64,000 bases of DNA, taken from an uncultured Lentimicrobiaceae bacterium (GTDB lineage Bacteria > Bacteroidota > Bacteroidia > Bacteroidales > WCHB1-69). The notes beneath the pieces are model-generated. The model ran no database searches. It was not told the origin of the DNA and saw nothing but the letters and a program-made list of their open reading frames with translations. The stretch covers positions 11,080 through 75,079 of the forward strand of contig CAZSTX010000003.1 in the NCBI GenBank assembly GCA_964610025.1, in the 5' to 3' direction. This document shows positions 1 through 11,200 of the stretch, piece by piece; position 1 is the stretch's first letter; every line of letters starts with the position of its first letter. Both the position numbers and the translations under genes were made by a program.

Positions 1-812
1 TTTACTTTTTCTCTTGTTTTAATCGAATCTTCGTAAGTTGCATTAGGAGGATATGAAATTAAGATTTGCGAAATGGCACATTTTCCTAAAGCTGGTTTTT
101 TATCTTGTAAATACATAAGATGATAGCCAAATTCTGTTCTAATAGGCATAGACACCTCTCCCACTTTTAATTTATATATCGCTGACTCAAACGAATAAAT
201 CATGTCAAAAACAGTAAAATATCCCAAGTCTCCTTTGTTTCCTGCTTGTCTAACAACACCTTCTGCCGTTTTTAAATCTCTTGCCGATGGGTCTTCTGAT
301 TCTTTTTCGGCTACACTGGCAAAATCTTCACCTGCTAAAATACGGTTACGTAATTGTATCATTTCTTTGTATGCTTTAAGCGTATCTTCTGCCTTAGCTT
401 CTGCAGGCAATTTTTTCATAATATGACTCGCTCTTAAATCCCATTGCATACGCTCTAAGGCTTCGTTAAGTAATTTTTCATTTACCTCTTTATCTGTAAG
501 ATAACTTTTTGTAGCTTGTAAACGATAGCCATCTAATTCTTTTTGTAATTCTTCGATTGTATCTAATCGAAGTGCCAATGCTTCTGCATAGCGTAAACGA
601 AAATTGATGTATAAATCAATATATTCGAGTAACTCTTTTTCTGTTGATTGCATTAAATCGTTGTTTTTTGAATAGGTATTTTCAAATTCAGCTAAACTTA
701 CATTTTCTTTCCCTATCTTTAAAACTATTGCATCGTTTTGTGCCGTTAAATTATAATGCGACAATATAAAAATCAAACTACTAATACTTAAAATACTTGC
801 TATTTTTCTCAT
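1..812 (-). CDS. SurA/PpiC-type peptidyl-prolyl isomerase, N-terminal ~270 aa (3' end runs off the window start)
   Basis: Not in the ORF track because there is no stop in the window. Own translation from ATG 810-812: MRKIASILSISSLIFILSHYNLTAQNDAIVLKIGKENVSLAEFENTY... (signal peptide). Further on comes the rotamase signature GDLGYFTVFDMIYSFESAIYKLKVGEVSMPIRTEFGYHLMYLQDKKP. The frame stays open to position 1. Confidence 0.75.
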   Translation of the reverse strand, partial: MRKIASILSISSLIFILSHYNLTAQNDAIVLKIGKENVSLAEFENTYSKNNDLMQSTEKELLEYIDLYINFRLRYAEALALRLDTIEELQKELDGYRLQATKSYLTDKEVNEKLLNEALERMQWDLRASHIMKKLPAEAKAEDTLKAYKEMIQLRNRILAGEDFASVAEKESEDPSARDLKTAEGVVRQAGNKGDLGYFTVFDMIYSFESAIYKLKVGEVSMPIRTEFGYHLMYLQDKKPALGKCAISQILISYPPNATYEDSIKTREKV

Positions 813-842
813 TTTTTTATATAATTAATTCTATATCTATTA

Positions 843-2321
843 TTATCTAGTGTAATTAGGTGCTTCTTTTGTTATAGTAACGTCATGAGGATGGTTTTCT
901 TGTATTCCAGCTTGGGTTACTTTGATAAAACGAGCCTTTTTTAATGCTGCTATATTGGGCGAGCCAGTGTAGCCCATTCCTGCACGTAAACCGCCTATCA
1001 TTTGCTGTATTACTTCCGACAACATTCCTTTAAAATGCACTCTGCCAACAATGCCTTCGGGAACAAATTTAGCAATATCTGTTTCAAAATCTTGAAAGTA
1101 CCTATCTTTCGACCCTTTTTCCATAGCTTCTAAAGACCCCATACCTCTGTAAGTTTTGTATTTTCTGCCTTCAAACAACACAGTTTCACCTGGTGACTCC
1201 TCTACTCCTGCAAATAAAGAACCTGCCATAATCGTTGATGCTCCTACAGCTAATGCTTTGATAATATCACCTGTATAACGAATGCCACCATCGGCTATAA
1301 TAGGAATTCCTGTGCCTTTTAACGCTTTTGCTACCGCATAAACAGCTGCCAATTGAGGCACACCCACACCGGCAATAATACGTGTTGTGCAAATAGAACC
1401 AGGACCTATGCCTACTTTTACCGCATCAACACCTATATTAGCTAAATCGATAGCTGCTTCGGGAGTTGCAATATTTCCTACTACTACTTGCAAATCGGGA
1501 TATTTTTTCTTTATCGCTTTTGTTATTTGCATTACCCCTAAGGAATGACCATGTGCAGTGTCGATTACGATAGCATCTACTTCCGATTTTTTCAATTCGT
1601 CTACTCTTTCCATAGTGTCGTGAGCTGTTCCAACAGCAGCAGCAACACGCAAACGCCCCCTACTGTCTTTGCAAGCATTCGGACGCGCTTTTATCTTGAT
1701 AATATCTTTATAGGTAATCAAGCCTATCACTTTGTTATCGCTGTCCACTACGGGTAGTTTTTCAATTTTATATTGTTGTAAAATTTCTGCTGCCTTTTCA
1801 AAATTAGTAAATTCAGTAATCGTAATTACTTTTTTTGTCATGATTTTATCTATAGACAAATTTAAATCTTTTTCAAAACGAAGGTCGCGATTGGTAACAA
1901 TCCCTTTTAATCGTTTTACTTTATCTACTACTGGAATACCTCCAATATGATATTCTTTCATCAATTGAAGTGCATCTTTTACTTTAGCTTTAGCATCTAT
2001 TGTAATAGGTTCGATAATCATTCCATTTTCGGCACGTTTTACTTTATTCACTTCAAATGCCTGTGCTTCTATCGACATATTTTTGTGTATAACGCCGATA
2101 CCCCCCTCTTGTGCAATAGCTATAGCTAATTTCGACTCAGTAACTGTATCCATAGCCGCCGATACAATGGGTATGTTTAAGGTTATTTCTTTTGTAAACA
2201 AAGTAGATAAATTTACGTCGCGAGGTAATATTTCGCTATAAGCTGGAAGAAGCAACACATCATCGTATGTAAACCCTTCTCCTACAAACTTTTCTTTTTC
2301 AAACTCAAAAGATGCATTCAT
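843..2321 (-). CDS. guaB: IMP dehydrogenase
   Basis: 492 aa. It has tandem CBS domains, the catalytic loop [11 protein letters not shown] and the GGIRYTGD motif. Confidence 0.97.
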   Translation of the reverse strand: MNASFEFEKEKFVGEGFTYDDVLLLPAYSEILPRDVNLSTLFTKEITLNIPIVSAAMDTVTESKLAIAIAQEGGIGVIHKNMSIEAQAFEVNKVKRAENGMIIEPITIDAKAKVKDALQLMKEYHIGGIPVVDKVKRLKGIVTNRDLRFEKDLNLSIDKIMTKKVITITEFTNFEKAAEILQQYKIEKLPVVDSDNKVIGLITYKDIIKIKARPNACKDSRGRLRVAAAVGTAHDTMERVDELKKSEVDAIVIDTAHGHSLGVMQITKAIKKKYPDLQVVVGNIATPEAAIDLANIGVDAVKVGIGPGSICTTRIIAGVGVPQLAAVYAVAKALKGTGIPIIADGGIRYTGDIIKALAVGASTIMAGSLFAGVEESPGETVLFEGRKYKTYRGMGSLEAMEKGSKDRYFQDFETDIAKFVPEGIVGRVHFKGMLSEVIQQMIGGLRAGMGYTGSPNIAALKKARFIKVTQAGIQENHPHDVTITKEAPNYTR

Positions 2322-2505
2322 GGCTCAATGTTTTTCATAAAAATTAATTTACAAAAATATATTTTTTTTTGATATTATTCCATCTTTATCATAATAAAAT
2401 GTTATTTTTTTTTCACCATAATGAAAATATAAATTATTTGATAGCTTGTATTACATTTATAAAAAAAAATCGTGTAATTTTGTAGACTTAATAAACCATA
2501 GCATT

Positions 2506-3813
2506 ATGACCAATTTAATTGCCTTAGTAGGAAGACCTAACACTGGAAAATCAACACTTTTTAACCGCTTGATAGGCACAAGAAAAGCCATAGTAGATGC
2601 CACTGCTGGGGTTACACGCGACAGAAATTATGGAAAATCGGAATGGAATGGTTTTGCATTTTCTGTTATCGACACAGGAGGTTATGTAGATGCCTCTAAA
2701 GATATTTACGAAAATGAAATAAAAAAACAAGTGCTTTTAGCTATAGACGAAGCCGATGTTATTTTATTTTTAGTTGATGGACGTGAAGGTATTACGCCTA
2801 TGGACGAAGACATAGCACGCATTCTTCGCACAACTACAAAACCTACCTATTTAGTAGTCAACAAAATCGACTCCCCTATAAATTACAACGACCAAATGGA
2901 GTTTTATGCTTTGGGTTTAGAACATCTTTTTGCTATTTCGGCGGCTTCGGGAAGTGGAACAGGTGATTTGTTAGACAGTGTAGTGCTACATTTTAATCGT
3001 CAAAAAGAAGATGAAGAAACAGACAATTTACCAAAAATTACTGTTGTAGGACGTCCAAATGTTGGCAAATCGTCTATTATCAATGTGTTGTTAGGAAAAG
3101 AGCGGCACATTGTATCTCATCTTTCAGGAACAACAAGAGATGCAATCTATTCACGCTATAAAGGTTTTGGCTTTGATTTTGATTTAGTTGATACTGCTGG
3201 CTTGCGTAAAAAGAAAAATGTAGAAGAAGACATTGAATTTTATTCTGTCATGCGAACCGTACGTGCTATTGAAAATAGCAATGTGTGTATAATAATGTGC
3301 GATGCCACACAAGGATTTGAAGCGCAAGACCTCAATATATTAAGTTTAGCACAACGCAACAAAAAAGGAATTGTAGTAGTAGTCAATAAATGGGATTTGA
3401 TAGATAAATCGAACAACACACACAAAGAATTTGAAACAGCTATACTGCATAAAATTGCTCCAGCTAAAGATGTACCCATCATTTTCACTTCTGTCATTAA
3501 AAAACAACGTATTTTTAATGTTATAAAAACTGCTATCGACGTGTATCAAAACATGAAACGAAAAATAAGCACTTCTGAATTAAACAATACACTTTTAGAA
3601 ATTATTAAAGAAAATCCGCCACCCATACAAAAAGATAAAACAGTAAGAATAAAATATATTACCCAACTTCCGACTGCTTATCCACAATTTGTATTTTTTT
3701 GTAATCTTCCTCAATATGTACGTGAAGATTATAAACGTTTTATTGAAAATAAAATACGAAGCATTTGGGACTTTCATGGCAGTCCTGTTGATATTTACTT
3801 CAGAAAAAAATAA
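2506..3813 (+). CDS. der: ribosome-associated GTPase Der/EngA
   Basis: Two G domains (GRPNTGKST and GRPNVGKSS P-loops; DTGG/DTAG; NKID/NKWD) plus a KH-like C-terminus. Start moved to ATG 2506 (MTNLIALVGRPN); the ORF-track start at 2446 adds a non-conserved 20 aa. A TAATTTTG box lies about 25 nt upstream. Confidence 0.95.
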   Translation: MTNLIALVGRPNTGKSTLFNRLIGTRKAIVDATAGVTRDRNYGKSEWNGFAFSVIDTGGYVDASKDIYENEIKKQVLLAIDEADVILFLVDGREGITPMDEDIARILRTTTKPTYLVVNKIDSPINYNDQMEFYALGLEHLFAISAASGSGTGDLLDSVVLHFNRQKEDEETDNLPKITVVGRPNVGKSSIINVLLGKERHIVSHLSGTTRDAIYSRYKGFGFDFDLVDTAGLRKKKNVEEDIEFYSVMRTVRAIENSNVCIIMCDATQGFEAQDLNILSLAQRNKKGIVVVVNKWDLIDKSNNTHKEFETAILHKIAPAKDVPIIFTSVIKKQRIFNVIKTAIDVYQNMKRKISTSELNNTLLEIIKENPPPIQKDKTVRIKYITQLPTAYPQFVFFCNLPQYVREDYKRFIENKIRSIWDFHGSPVDIYFRKK

Positions 3814-3821
3814 CACCTATT

Positions 3822-4286
3822 ATGAAAAAACATATTGTTCTATTTTTAATAATATCATTGGGCTTAACGGCATGCAATAATAAAAAAGTAATTTACGAAA
3901 AAAATATTTTCTTTTCTGATTTAAAATGGAATCGATTTAGTATATTGGAATTTACGCCAGAAATTAAAAACATAAAAAAAACTTATGACTTTATTGTAAG
4001 CGTAAAGTTTAAGGAAGGCTATCAACACAATACCCTCCCTATTAATACCATATTAATCTATCCAAATGGACAAAAAAATATAAATAGACATGTGTTTTTG
4101 ATGAAAAACGAATACGGCTATTTAGGAAATTCAGAAAATGACTCACGCTATATTGAAGCAATTATCCATAATAAAAAACAATTTACAGAAACTGGCACCT
4201 ACACTTTCACTGTACAACAAATCACGCAATATTATGATTTAGAAAATATAAAAGCAGTAGAATGCAAAGTAATATTATCCAATTAA
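3822..4286 (+). CDS. small lipoprotein, GldH-like (gliding motility lipoprotein family)
   Basis: 154 aa. Lipoprotein signal MKKHIVLFLIISLGLTAC. The size and spacing of conserved aromatic, W and P-x-G positions resemble GldH as I remember it. No search was run. Confidence 0.5.
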   Translation: MKKHIVLFLIISLGLTACNNKKVIYEKNIFFSDLKWNRFSILEFTPEIKNIKKTYDFIVSVKFKEGYQHNTLPINTILIYPNGQKNINRHVFLMKNEYGYLGNSENDSRYIEAIIHNKKQFTETGTYTFTVQQITQYYDLENIKAVECKVILSN

Positions 4287-4296
4287 AAAAAAACCA

Positions 4297-4755
4297 ATGA
4301 CAAAAATCAGAATTACAAAAATTTTTCATTTTGAAATGGCTCATGCACTTATCGACTATAAAGGATTGTGTAAAAACATACACGGACACTCTTATCAACT
4401 CAAAATAAGGGTAAGTGGCAATATAGAGCAACATCCAGACCCTTCGAAAAAAGGAATGGTAATGGATTTTACCGATTTAAAAGAAATTGTTGAAAAACAT
4501 ATTATTCAACGCTACGACCATGCACTTATTTTAAACGATAAAAGCAATCCTGAACTCATAAAACAGTTAAAAGCAAATTATCAAAATATATTGATTGTCA
4601 ACTTTCAACCAACCAGCGAGCAATTGCTTGTCGATTTTGCACAGCGCTTAAAACAACACCTTCCCAACTATGTAAGCCTGCATAGTATACAACTTTCTGA
4701 AACTCAAAACTCTTATGCAGAATGGTATGCCGATGACAATCAGCCTACTTTATAA
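4297..4755 (+). CDS. queD: 6-carboxy-5,6,7,8-tetrahydropterin synthase (PTPS family)
   Basis: 152 aa with FHFEMAHAL...CKNIHGHSY, the zinc-binding His/catalytic motif typical of QueD/PTPS. Confidence 0.88.
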   Translation: MTKIRITKIFHFEMAHALIDYKGLCKNIHGHSYQLKIRVSGNIEQHPDPSKKGMVMDFTDLKEIVEKHIIQRYDHALILNDKSNPELIKQLKANYQNILIVNFQPTSEQLLVDFAQRLKQHLPNYVSLHSIQLSETQNSYAEWYADDNQPTL

Positions 4756-5002
4756 ATATGCTTCCAGAATAAGTGTATAAATTCAAAAAAAAAATTGCAG
4801 AAACAAACACCTTTCGGCTACGCTCAGAGTGCAAACAATCAAAATGTTTTAATCCTTTACGTAAACAAACTGTATTTCTTCTGTTTAGTTCGCTTTTTAC
4901 GCAAACATGCCCATAACGTATTGTCGCTAAACGAAAAAATTGGTCCGATGAGCCCTTATTTTTTATTTGGAAACTTATTGTAGGAAGTCGTATTCTATTA
5001 TT

Positions 5003-5290
5003 CTATAAATCAATACAACCATAATTCTTTGCTTTTAATAAATCGTTTACTTCATCTTTATCAAAATATTCGGGATCAAATTCATTTCCTACCCATTCAA
5101 TGAAACTTTCATATTCTTCGTGGGTTGGTTGTTTTAGTATCTCAAGCATGTCTAAATAACCCCAAATTCCTCTACAATTCTCTGATGAACAATACATTTT
5201 ACCAGTCAAACAAATTGGATATTTAATCTTATTATCAAAAGGAAGTATCTTTTCTAGTATTATATCATGCTCCCACCCACATTTTATCGC
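5003..5290 (-). pseudogene. C-terminal remnant of a pRiA4b ORF-3-like (PF07929-type) gene
   Basis: The frame is open from the stop at 5291-5293. It reads AIKCGWEHDIILEKILPFDNKIKYPICLTGKMYCSSENCRGIWGYLDMLEILKQPTHEEYESFIEWVGNEFDPEYFDKDEVN. This matches the family C-terminus (GDxWEHxIxxE...YPxCxxGxRxCPPEDCGGxxGY...DPxHxE...W.G..FDP..F....VN). The N-terminal half is absent. The ORF track shows only 5003-5209 from a TTG start. Confidence 0.5.
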
Positions 5291-5310
5291 TTAAGCTATT
5301 TTCATTTTTT

Positions 5311-5904
5311 CTACAATAGCAAATCATCGTATGTTATTTCTAACCAAACTTTGTATTTTTTAGCCATTATTTTTGCACGTTCTCTCTCTGGGTCGCCAAG
5401 TGCATGTTTCAGGTTCAACCTTGTGCGGTTAAATGAATGAGCGGTATTGACTATTTTATTTTGCAATTCATACAATCTGCGTTCATGCCAATCGTTGCGA
5501 ATTTCGTATGCTTCATAATGCCAAAACGATGGATAAGCAATCAGAGCAGTCGTTTGAAAAGGAGACAGAAATTTGTATAAAAAAGCATGATAGCTCTTTT
5601 TTAGCAATTCAAAATCGATGATTACACGAAAAACAAAAGGGAAACGAAACTGTAGCAAATGTTTTGCTATACGTATTTCTATGTTATTAAACGAAAAATA
5701 AATCGTCCCATCTAAATCGGTATGCTTATAGCGAATTTTTTCAGCTATTTCTGGAATTTTATAGTTTTCGAGATGTGCTTGTACATTTAATGCATTTTGT
5801 AACACATCTTTAACATCTAAATTTAAGCATAAAGATATAATTTCATCTTTTTGTTTTATATTCAGCTGATGGTTGGCTATCCATATTAAATGAGCTTGTT
5901 GCAT
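5311..5904 (-). CDS. hypothetical protein (197 aa), no recognisable family
   Basis: Clean ORF. A CAAATATA (= TAnnTTTG on the minus strand) box lies about 35 nt upstream. No motif was recognised. Confidence 0.45.
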   Translation of the reverse strand: MQQAHLIWIANHQLNIKQKDEIISLCLNLDVKDVLQNALNVQAHLENYKIPEIAEKIRYKHTDLDGTIYFSFNNIEIRIAKHLLQFRFPFVFRVIIDFELLKKSYHAFLYKFLSPFQTTALIAYPSFWHYEAYEIRNDWHERRLYELQNKIVNTAHSFNRTRLNLKHALGDPERERAKIMAKKYKVWLEITYDDLLL

Positions 5905-6009
5905 AGTATTTCTCTATTTTTCATCTAAAAAAAATGCAAATATAAAGAAAATTATCGTTATTTGTCTTTAAAGATTTTCTTTTTATTACTTTTGCAAAAA
6001 AATATCACT

Positions 6010-6573
6010 ATGCACACAAGCGACCAAATCATCTTAGGCATTGACCCTGGTTCTAATATTATGGGTTATGGATTGATTCATATAAAAAACAATCAACCCT
6101 CGCTTATAAAGATGGACGTTCTTAAATTAAGCAAAACAGATAGTCAGTTGCTGCGAATGAAGCATATTTTTCATTTTACCTTGCAACTTATCGAAGATTA
6201 TTTACCAGATATCATGGCAATAGAAGCTCCTTTCTTTGGCAAAAACGTACAATCGATGTTAAAATTAGGCCGCGCACAAGGCACTGCTATAGCGGCAGCA
6301 CTCTATAAAAACATTCCTGTTTTTGAATATTCGCCAAAAAAAATAAAACAATCGATTACCGGACGAGGCAGCGCTTCTAAAGAACAACTATCTGCTATGC
6401 TCTACCGCATTCTCGACATCAAAGAGCCTTGCAGCATATACCTCGATGCTACTGATGCACTTGGAGTTGCTTTGTGTCATCATTATCAATCCAATACTAT
6501 CATAACATCTAACAAATACAATAGCTGGGAAAGTTTTATAAATAAAAACACTGATAGAATAATTAAATCATAA
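6010..6573 (+). CDS. ruvC: crossover junction endodeoxyribonuclease RuvC
   Basis: ILGIDPGSNIMGYGLI catalytic Asp motif and AIEAPFFGKNVQS. Start trimmed to ATG 6010; a TACTTTTG box lies just upstream. Confidence 0.92.
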   Translation: MHTSDQIILGIDPGSNIMGYGLIHIKNNQPSLIKMDVLKLSKTDSQLLRMKHIFHFTLQLIEDYLPDIMAIEAPFFGKNVQSMLKLGRAQGTAIAAALYKNIPVFEYSPKKIKQSITGRGSASKEQLSAMLYRILDIKEPCSIYLDATDALGVALCHHYQSNTIITSNKYNSWESFINKNTDRIIKS

Positions 6574-6626
6574 TTGCCAAATAAGAACATAACAATCAAC
6601 ACATTGCTATCATAACAAGTTGAAAC

Positions 6627-7487
6627 ATGACAGTAAAAGAAATATGGAACAATGTTTATCTTGCATTACAAGAGATAGAAGATAAAAGAGAGGCATCTGC
6701 AATAAGTTACTATTTAATAAAACATTACACTGGTTTCGATAAAATAACTATCAGTTTATATCCCGACAAAAAAATAAACAAAAAAACACTATTACAAATT
6801 GAAAATGCACTTCACAAGTTAAAGCAACATCAACCCATACAACACATTATCGGCAAGACAGACTTTGGCAATGCAACAATAAAAGTCAATAGGCATGTTT
6901 TAATTCCACGCTCCGAGACCGAAGAGTTGTTTTATTGGATAAAATCACACTTTCCCAATTTTAAAGGAAAAATGGCTGACTTATGCACAGGTAGTGGCTG
7001 TATTGCCATTGCTTTTGCAAAAGAATATCCTCAGGCTGAAATATTAGCTATCGACAATTCTACCAAAGCGTTAAAGTTAGCAAAAGAAAATGCAGCCTTA
7101 AACAATGTCAATATAATTTTTGAAAAACACGATATTTTAAGTCGAAAATTCATGGAAGGTTCTTTCCCTACTTACGCTATCATTGTAAGCAATCCGCCTT
7201 ATGTGCGAGAATCTGAAAAAAAAGAAATGAAAGCAAAAGTATTAGATTATGAGCCTTCGCAAGCTTTATTTGTAACAGATACACAAGCACTAATCTATTA
7301 TCAATCTATTTTTTTGTGGGCTAATCGACATCTTTGTAGCAATGGAAAACTCTTTATCGAAATAAATGAACATTTAGCCGACGAAACCATAGAACTTCTC
7401 AAGCATTTTGATTTCAATAATATTGAACTACGTTTCGATATGCAAAATAAAGCCCGAATGATTAAAGCAGAAAAAAAACAAGTTTAA
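6627..7487 (+). CDS. prmC: peptide chain release factor N5-glutamine methyltransferase
   Basis: 286 aa with LIPRSETEEL, SAM motif DLCTGSGCIAI and catalytic NPPY. Confidence 0.9.
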   Translation: MTVKEIWNNVYLALQEIEDKREASAISYYLIKHYTGFDKITISLYPDKKINKKTLLQIENALHKLKQHQPIQHIIGKTDFGNATIKVNRHVLIPRSETEELFYWIKSHFPNFKGKMADLCTGSGCIAIAFAKEYPQAEILAIDNSTKALKLAKENAALNNVNIIFEKHDILSRKFMEGSFPTYAIIVSNPPYVRESEKKEMKAKVLDYEPSQALFVTDTQALIYYQSIFLWANRHLCSNGKLFIEINEHLADETIELLKHFDFNNIELRFDMQNKARMIKAEKKQV

Positions 7488-7588
7488 AGTTTTTAAATAC
7501 TGTGATTATTATTTTTTTTTATAATAATATATATCTTTTATAAAAATTACGTTATATAATTTAAAACATATAAAATAATAACTGAATA

Positions 7589-8179
7589 ATGATAGCCTAT
7601 ATCCAAGGAAAATTGATTGAAAAAACTCCTACTTTTGCCGTAATAGATTGTGGTGGCGTAGGTTTTATGTTAAACATTTCTCTTAACACCTACTCTACTT
7701 TACCAGATATTAATCAAGACTGCAAATTGTTTACACATTTATCTGTCAAAGAAGATGCACAGACCTTATATGCTTTTTCCACTACCAGCGAAAGACAAAT
7801 TTTTCGCTTACTTATCACTGTATCGGGAATAGGTGTTAATACGGCACGCATGATTTTGTCTTCTATTAATCATAAAGATTTAGTAGGTTATATAAGCAGC
7901 GAGAACGCTGATATACTGCAAACTATAAAAGGAATAGGAGCAAAAACAGCACAACGTATCATTATCGATTTAAAAGATAAAATACTAAAAACAGATATCG
8001 ACCCAGGAGAAATATTAACAATAACAAGCAATAATAACGCCAACGAAGCGTTATCAGCACTAATATTATTGGGTTTTCCTAAACAAGTAGCAGGAAAAGC
8101 AATTGACAAAATTCTTAAATCATCTTCAAGCGATTTATCTATTGAAGAACTAATTAAACAGGCATTGAAAATATTGTAG
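7589..8179 (+). CDS. ruvA: Holliday junction branch migration protein RuvA
   Basis: 196 aa starting MIAYIQGKL, with HhH motifs (VSGIGVNTARMIL, IKGIGAKTAQRII). Confidence 0.93.
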   Translation: MIAYIQGKLIEKTPTFAVIDCGGVGFMLNISLNTYSTLPDINQDCKLFTHLSVKEDAQTLYAFSTTSERQIFRLLITVSGIGVNTARMILSSINHKDLVGYISSENADILQTIKGIGAKTAQRIIIDLKDKILKTDIDPGEILTITSNNNANEALSALILLGFPKQVAGKAIDKILKSSSSDLSIEELIKQALKIL

Positions 8180-8200
8180 TTGTTGGGTTAATATATAGAA

Positions 8201-11200
8201 ATGAAAATAATAAAAAAATCATACTACATATTTTATATATTATTGTATATTGGTGTTATTTATTTTATTACCCCAATAAGTCAAGCCAATAAAATTCCTA
8301 TTACTTCCCATCCTTTCATCACTATTTTTGCTGATGATAGTGGAAAAAAAGTAATTCCCCAACCTGCTACCAACCCATTTCAACAAGCACCTTCCAGTCC
8401 ATTTTATTTAAAAAACCCAAAAAATTTCTCAACAAAAATTGATTACGACCCTATTAACAAAAATTATAATTTCCAACAAAAAATAGGTGAAACCAATTTT
8501 GGAAACCCTGGCAGCATGTCGCTTGACGAATACCTCGACTACGACATACAAAAAGCCATGCGAGAATATTGGCGTCAACGTTCAGGCATTGGCATCAACA
8601 GCGAAAGTCAAAAAGGTATCATACCGCAAATACGTGTTCCAAGTGAAGCTTTTGAACATATTTTCGGGAGCAATCTAATCGCTATCAAACCTTCTGGCTC
8701 TGTTGAGTTAAAATTTGGATTAATACACACTAGAAACGACAACACCTCTTTAGCCATAGATGCACGCCGACAAACACGTTTCGATTTCGACCAAAATATT
8801 CAGATAAATCTAAAAGCCAGTATAGGCGACAAGATACATTATAACATGAGTTATAGCACCGAAACTTCTTTTAATTTTGAAAACAAATTCAAACTCGGTT
8901 ACGAAGGAAAAGAAGACGAAATTATAAAATTATTAGAATTTGGAGATGTCAACTTACCATTAAACAGCACTTTAATAGAAGGTTCTCAAACTTTATTTGG
9001 CGTTAAAACTCAAATGCAATTCGGCAAAACCACCCTCACAACCGTTATTTCGCAACAAAAAGGCGATAAAACAAATATTGTTGTAGAAAACGGTGCCGAA
9101 ATGACCGAATTTGAATTCAAAGCCGATGATTACGAAGAAAATAGGCACTTTTTCCTTGCGCAATATTTCTACGACACTTACGGCGAAGCAATGGCAACAA
9201 TTCCATTAATTAATTCAAAAGTTACTATTACAAAAATCGAAGTGTGGCGAACAAATATCGGTTCTGCTGTACAAGAAAATAGAAATATTGTAGCACTTGC
9301 CGATTTAGGAGAAATAACTCCCTATAATCCCAATGTGAAACGCAATCCGGCTTATCGTCACAACTATCCCGACAGCAATGCTAACGATTTAATGCAAAGC
9401 ATGGATTATAGTAAATTAAGAAATATCAACACCGTTAGCACTTATTTAGAAAGCAAAGGAATGGTGGCTGGTTTAGATTACGAAAAAATAGAATCAGCTC
9501 GATTGTTAAGTCCTAGCGAATACACCTTTAATAGCAAACTTGGGTTTATCTCTTTGACCTCAAAGCTAAATGCCGATCAAGTATTGGCAGTTGCTTTTCA
9601 GTATACCATTATTGGCGACCCTAATGTGTATCAAGTAGGACAATTTTCTAACGAAGTTCAAACACCTGGTTGTGTAATTGTTAAACTCTTAAAAAGCACT
9701 GCTGTCAACACCAAAATACCTATGTGGAAACTAATGATGAAAAACGTTTATTCGCTAAATGCCTATCAAGTTTCGTCAGAAGAATTTCGTTTAAATATTC
9801 TTTACAAAGGAGAAGAAGGAGGAATAGGTTTAGGTTACTTCTCTGATGTAAGCGAAGAGTTAAAAGGAGTTTCGCTCATACGTATAATGGGATTAGACCG
9901 CCTAAACTATCAGCAAGCAGCTATTCCCGACGGCGTTTTCGACTTTATTGATGGTGCTGCTACTACTGGAGGAACGGTACAAGCCGAATACGGACGCATT
10001 TATTTTCCTACCGTCGAACCTTTCGGAAAAGATTTAAGAGAAGCCTTGAAAAACAGTCCCGGTGCAGGCAATAAATATGCTTTCGACTCACTCTATACAA
10101 CTACAAAAACGCTCGCTCAACAATATTCTGAAAAAAATAAATATTATTTAGAAGGGCGTTATAAATCCACTTATGGAAACGACATCTCGCTCGGTGTATG
10201 GAATATAGCACAAGGTTCTGTTACTGTTACTGCCGGAGGCGTTACCCTTGTCGAAGGAGTTGATTTCTCTGTTGATTACAATGCAGGAACCTTACGCATA
10301 CTAAATCAAAATTATTTAAGTTCTGGTACTCCCATCAATATTTCTGTCGAAAGCACTAATATTATGGGGACAACAAAAACTATGTTTGGAATGCACGTAG
10401 ACTATGCACTAAACAAAGATATTATAATAGGTGCCACCTTTTTAAACTTGAGAGAACGAACAGAAACATTTAAAGTAAATTTTGGCGAAGAACCTATCAA
10501 TAACAGTATATGGGGATTGAATTTTGCTATGCAAAAAGACGTTCGATTAATTACTAAATTACTGAATTATTTGCCCATTTACAAAACAAAACAAGAGTCG
10601 AGCATACAATTCGATGGCGAATTTGCGCATTTTATTCCAGGACATGCCCGTTCGATAGGAAGAGGCGACAAAGCACAATTATATATCGACGACTTTGAGG
10701 CGACAAAAACAACCATTAATTTAACAACACCCGGTTTTTGGTTTTTAGCCAGCACCCCTCAACATCAAACCAAAAAAGGTATGTTCCCCGAAGCTGCGTT
10801 AGGTAGTGGGTTGCAATATGGATTTAATAGAGCTAAAATAGCATGGTATATTATCGACCCTCTTTTTCATAATAATAGTATGTCGACACCTTCTAATATT
10901 ACTGCTGACGATAAATCAGAAATATATGCACGACGTATTTTAATAAAAGAAGTCTTCCCATATAAAAGCGTAGACGCTACCAGCCAAGACCCTTATCTGT
11001 CCGTGTTAAATTTGGCTTTTTATCCAAGCGAACGCGGTCCTTATAATTATGACGCATTAGGAATTGCCGGTATTTCAGCAGGATTAAACAACGATGGAAG
11101 TTTAAAAAATCCAGAAAGTCGTTGGGGAGGAATCATGAGAAAATTAGAAAGTACCGACTTTGAAACATCAAATATTGAGTATATCGAATTTTGGATGATG

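Noticed and set aside
202-426. 74-aa plus-strand ORF at the window start
   Set aside because: It lies antisense inside the clearly recognisable PPIase gene (1-812, minus strand) and has no motif. It is a shadow ORF.
1545-2129. Three 60-72-aa plus-strand ORFs inside guaB. Similar antisense ORFs lie inside der, sprA, mutS2, rpsI, rpsB, tsf, DUF1015, sufD, rpoC, tuf, aldh, purE, lpxD and the histidine kinase.
   Set aside because: All overlap strongly supported genes on the opposite strand. Their composition is low-complexity (F/I/L/S-rich), typical of AT-rich antisense frames.
4795-4983. 62-aa plus-strand ORF in the queD-downstream spacer
   Set aside because: It has no promoter box, an odd composition, and overlaps what looks like decayed gene remnants on the other strand. 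It was treated as non-coding.
5291-5330. Whether the 197-aa ORF (5311-5904) and the pRiA4b-like fragment (5003-5290) are one gene broken by a frameshift
   Set aside because: The 197-aa protein lacks the N-terminal motifs of that family as I remember them. The spacing between its ...ITYDD end and the CGWEH motif does not fit the family YDFGDxWEH block. They were treated as separate entities.
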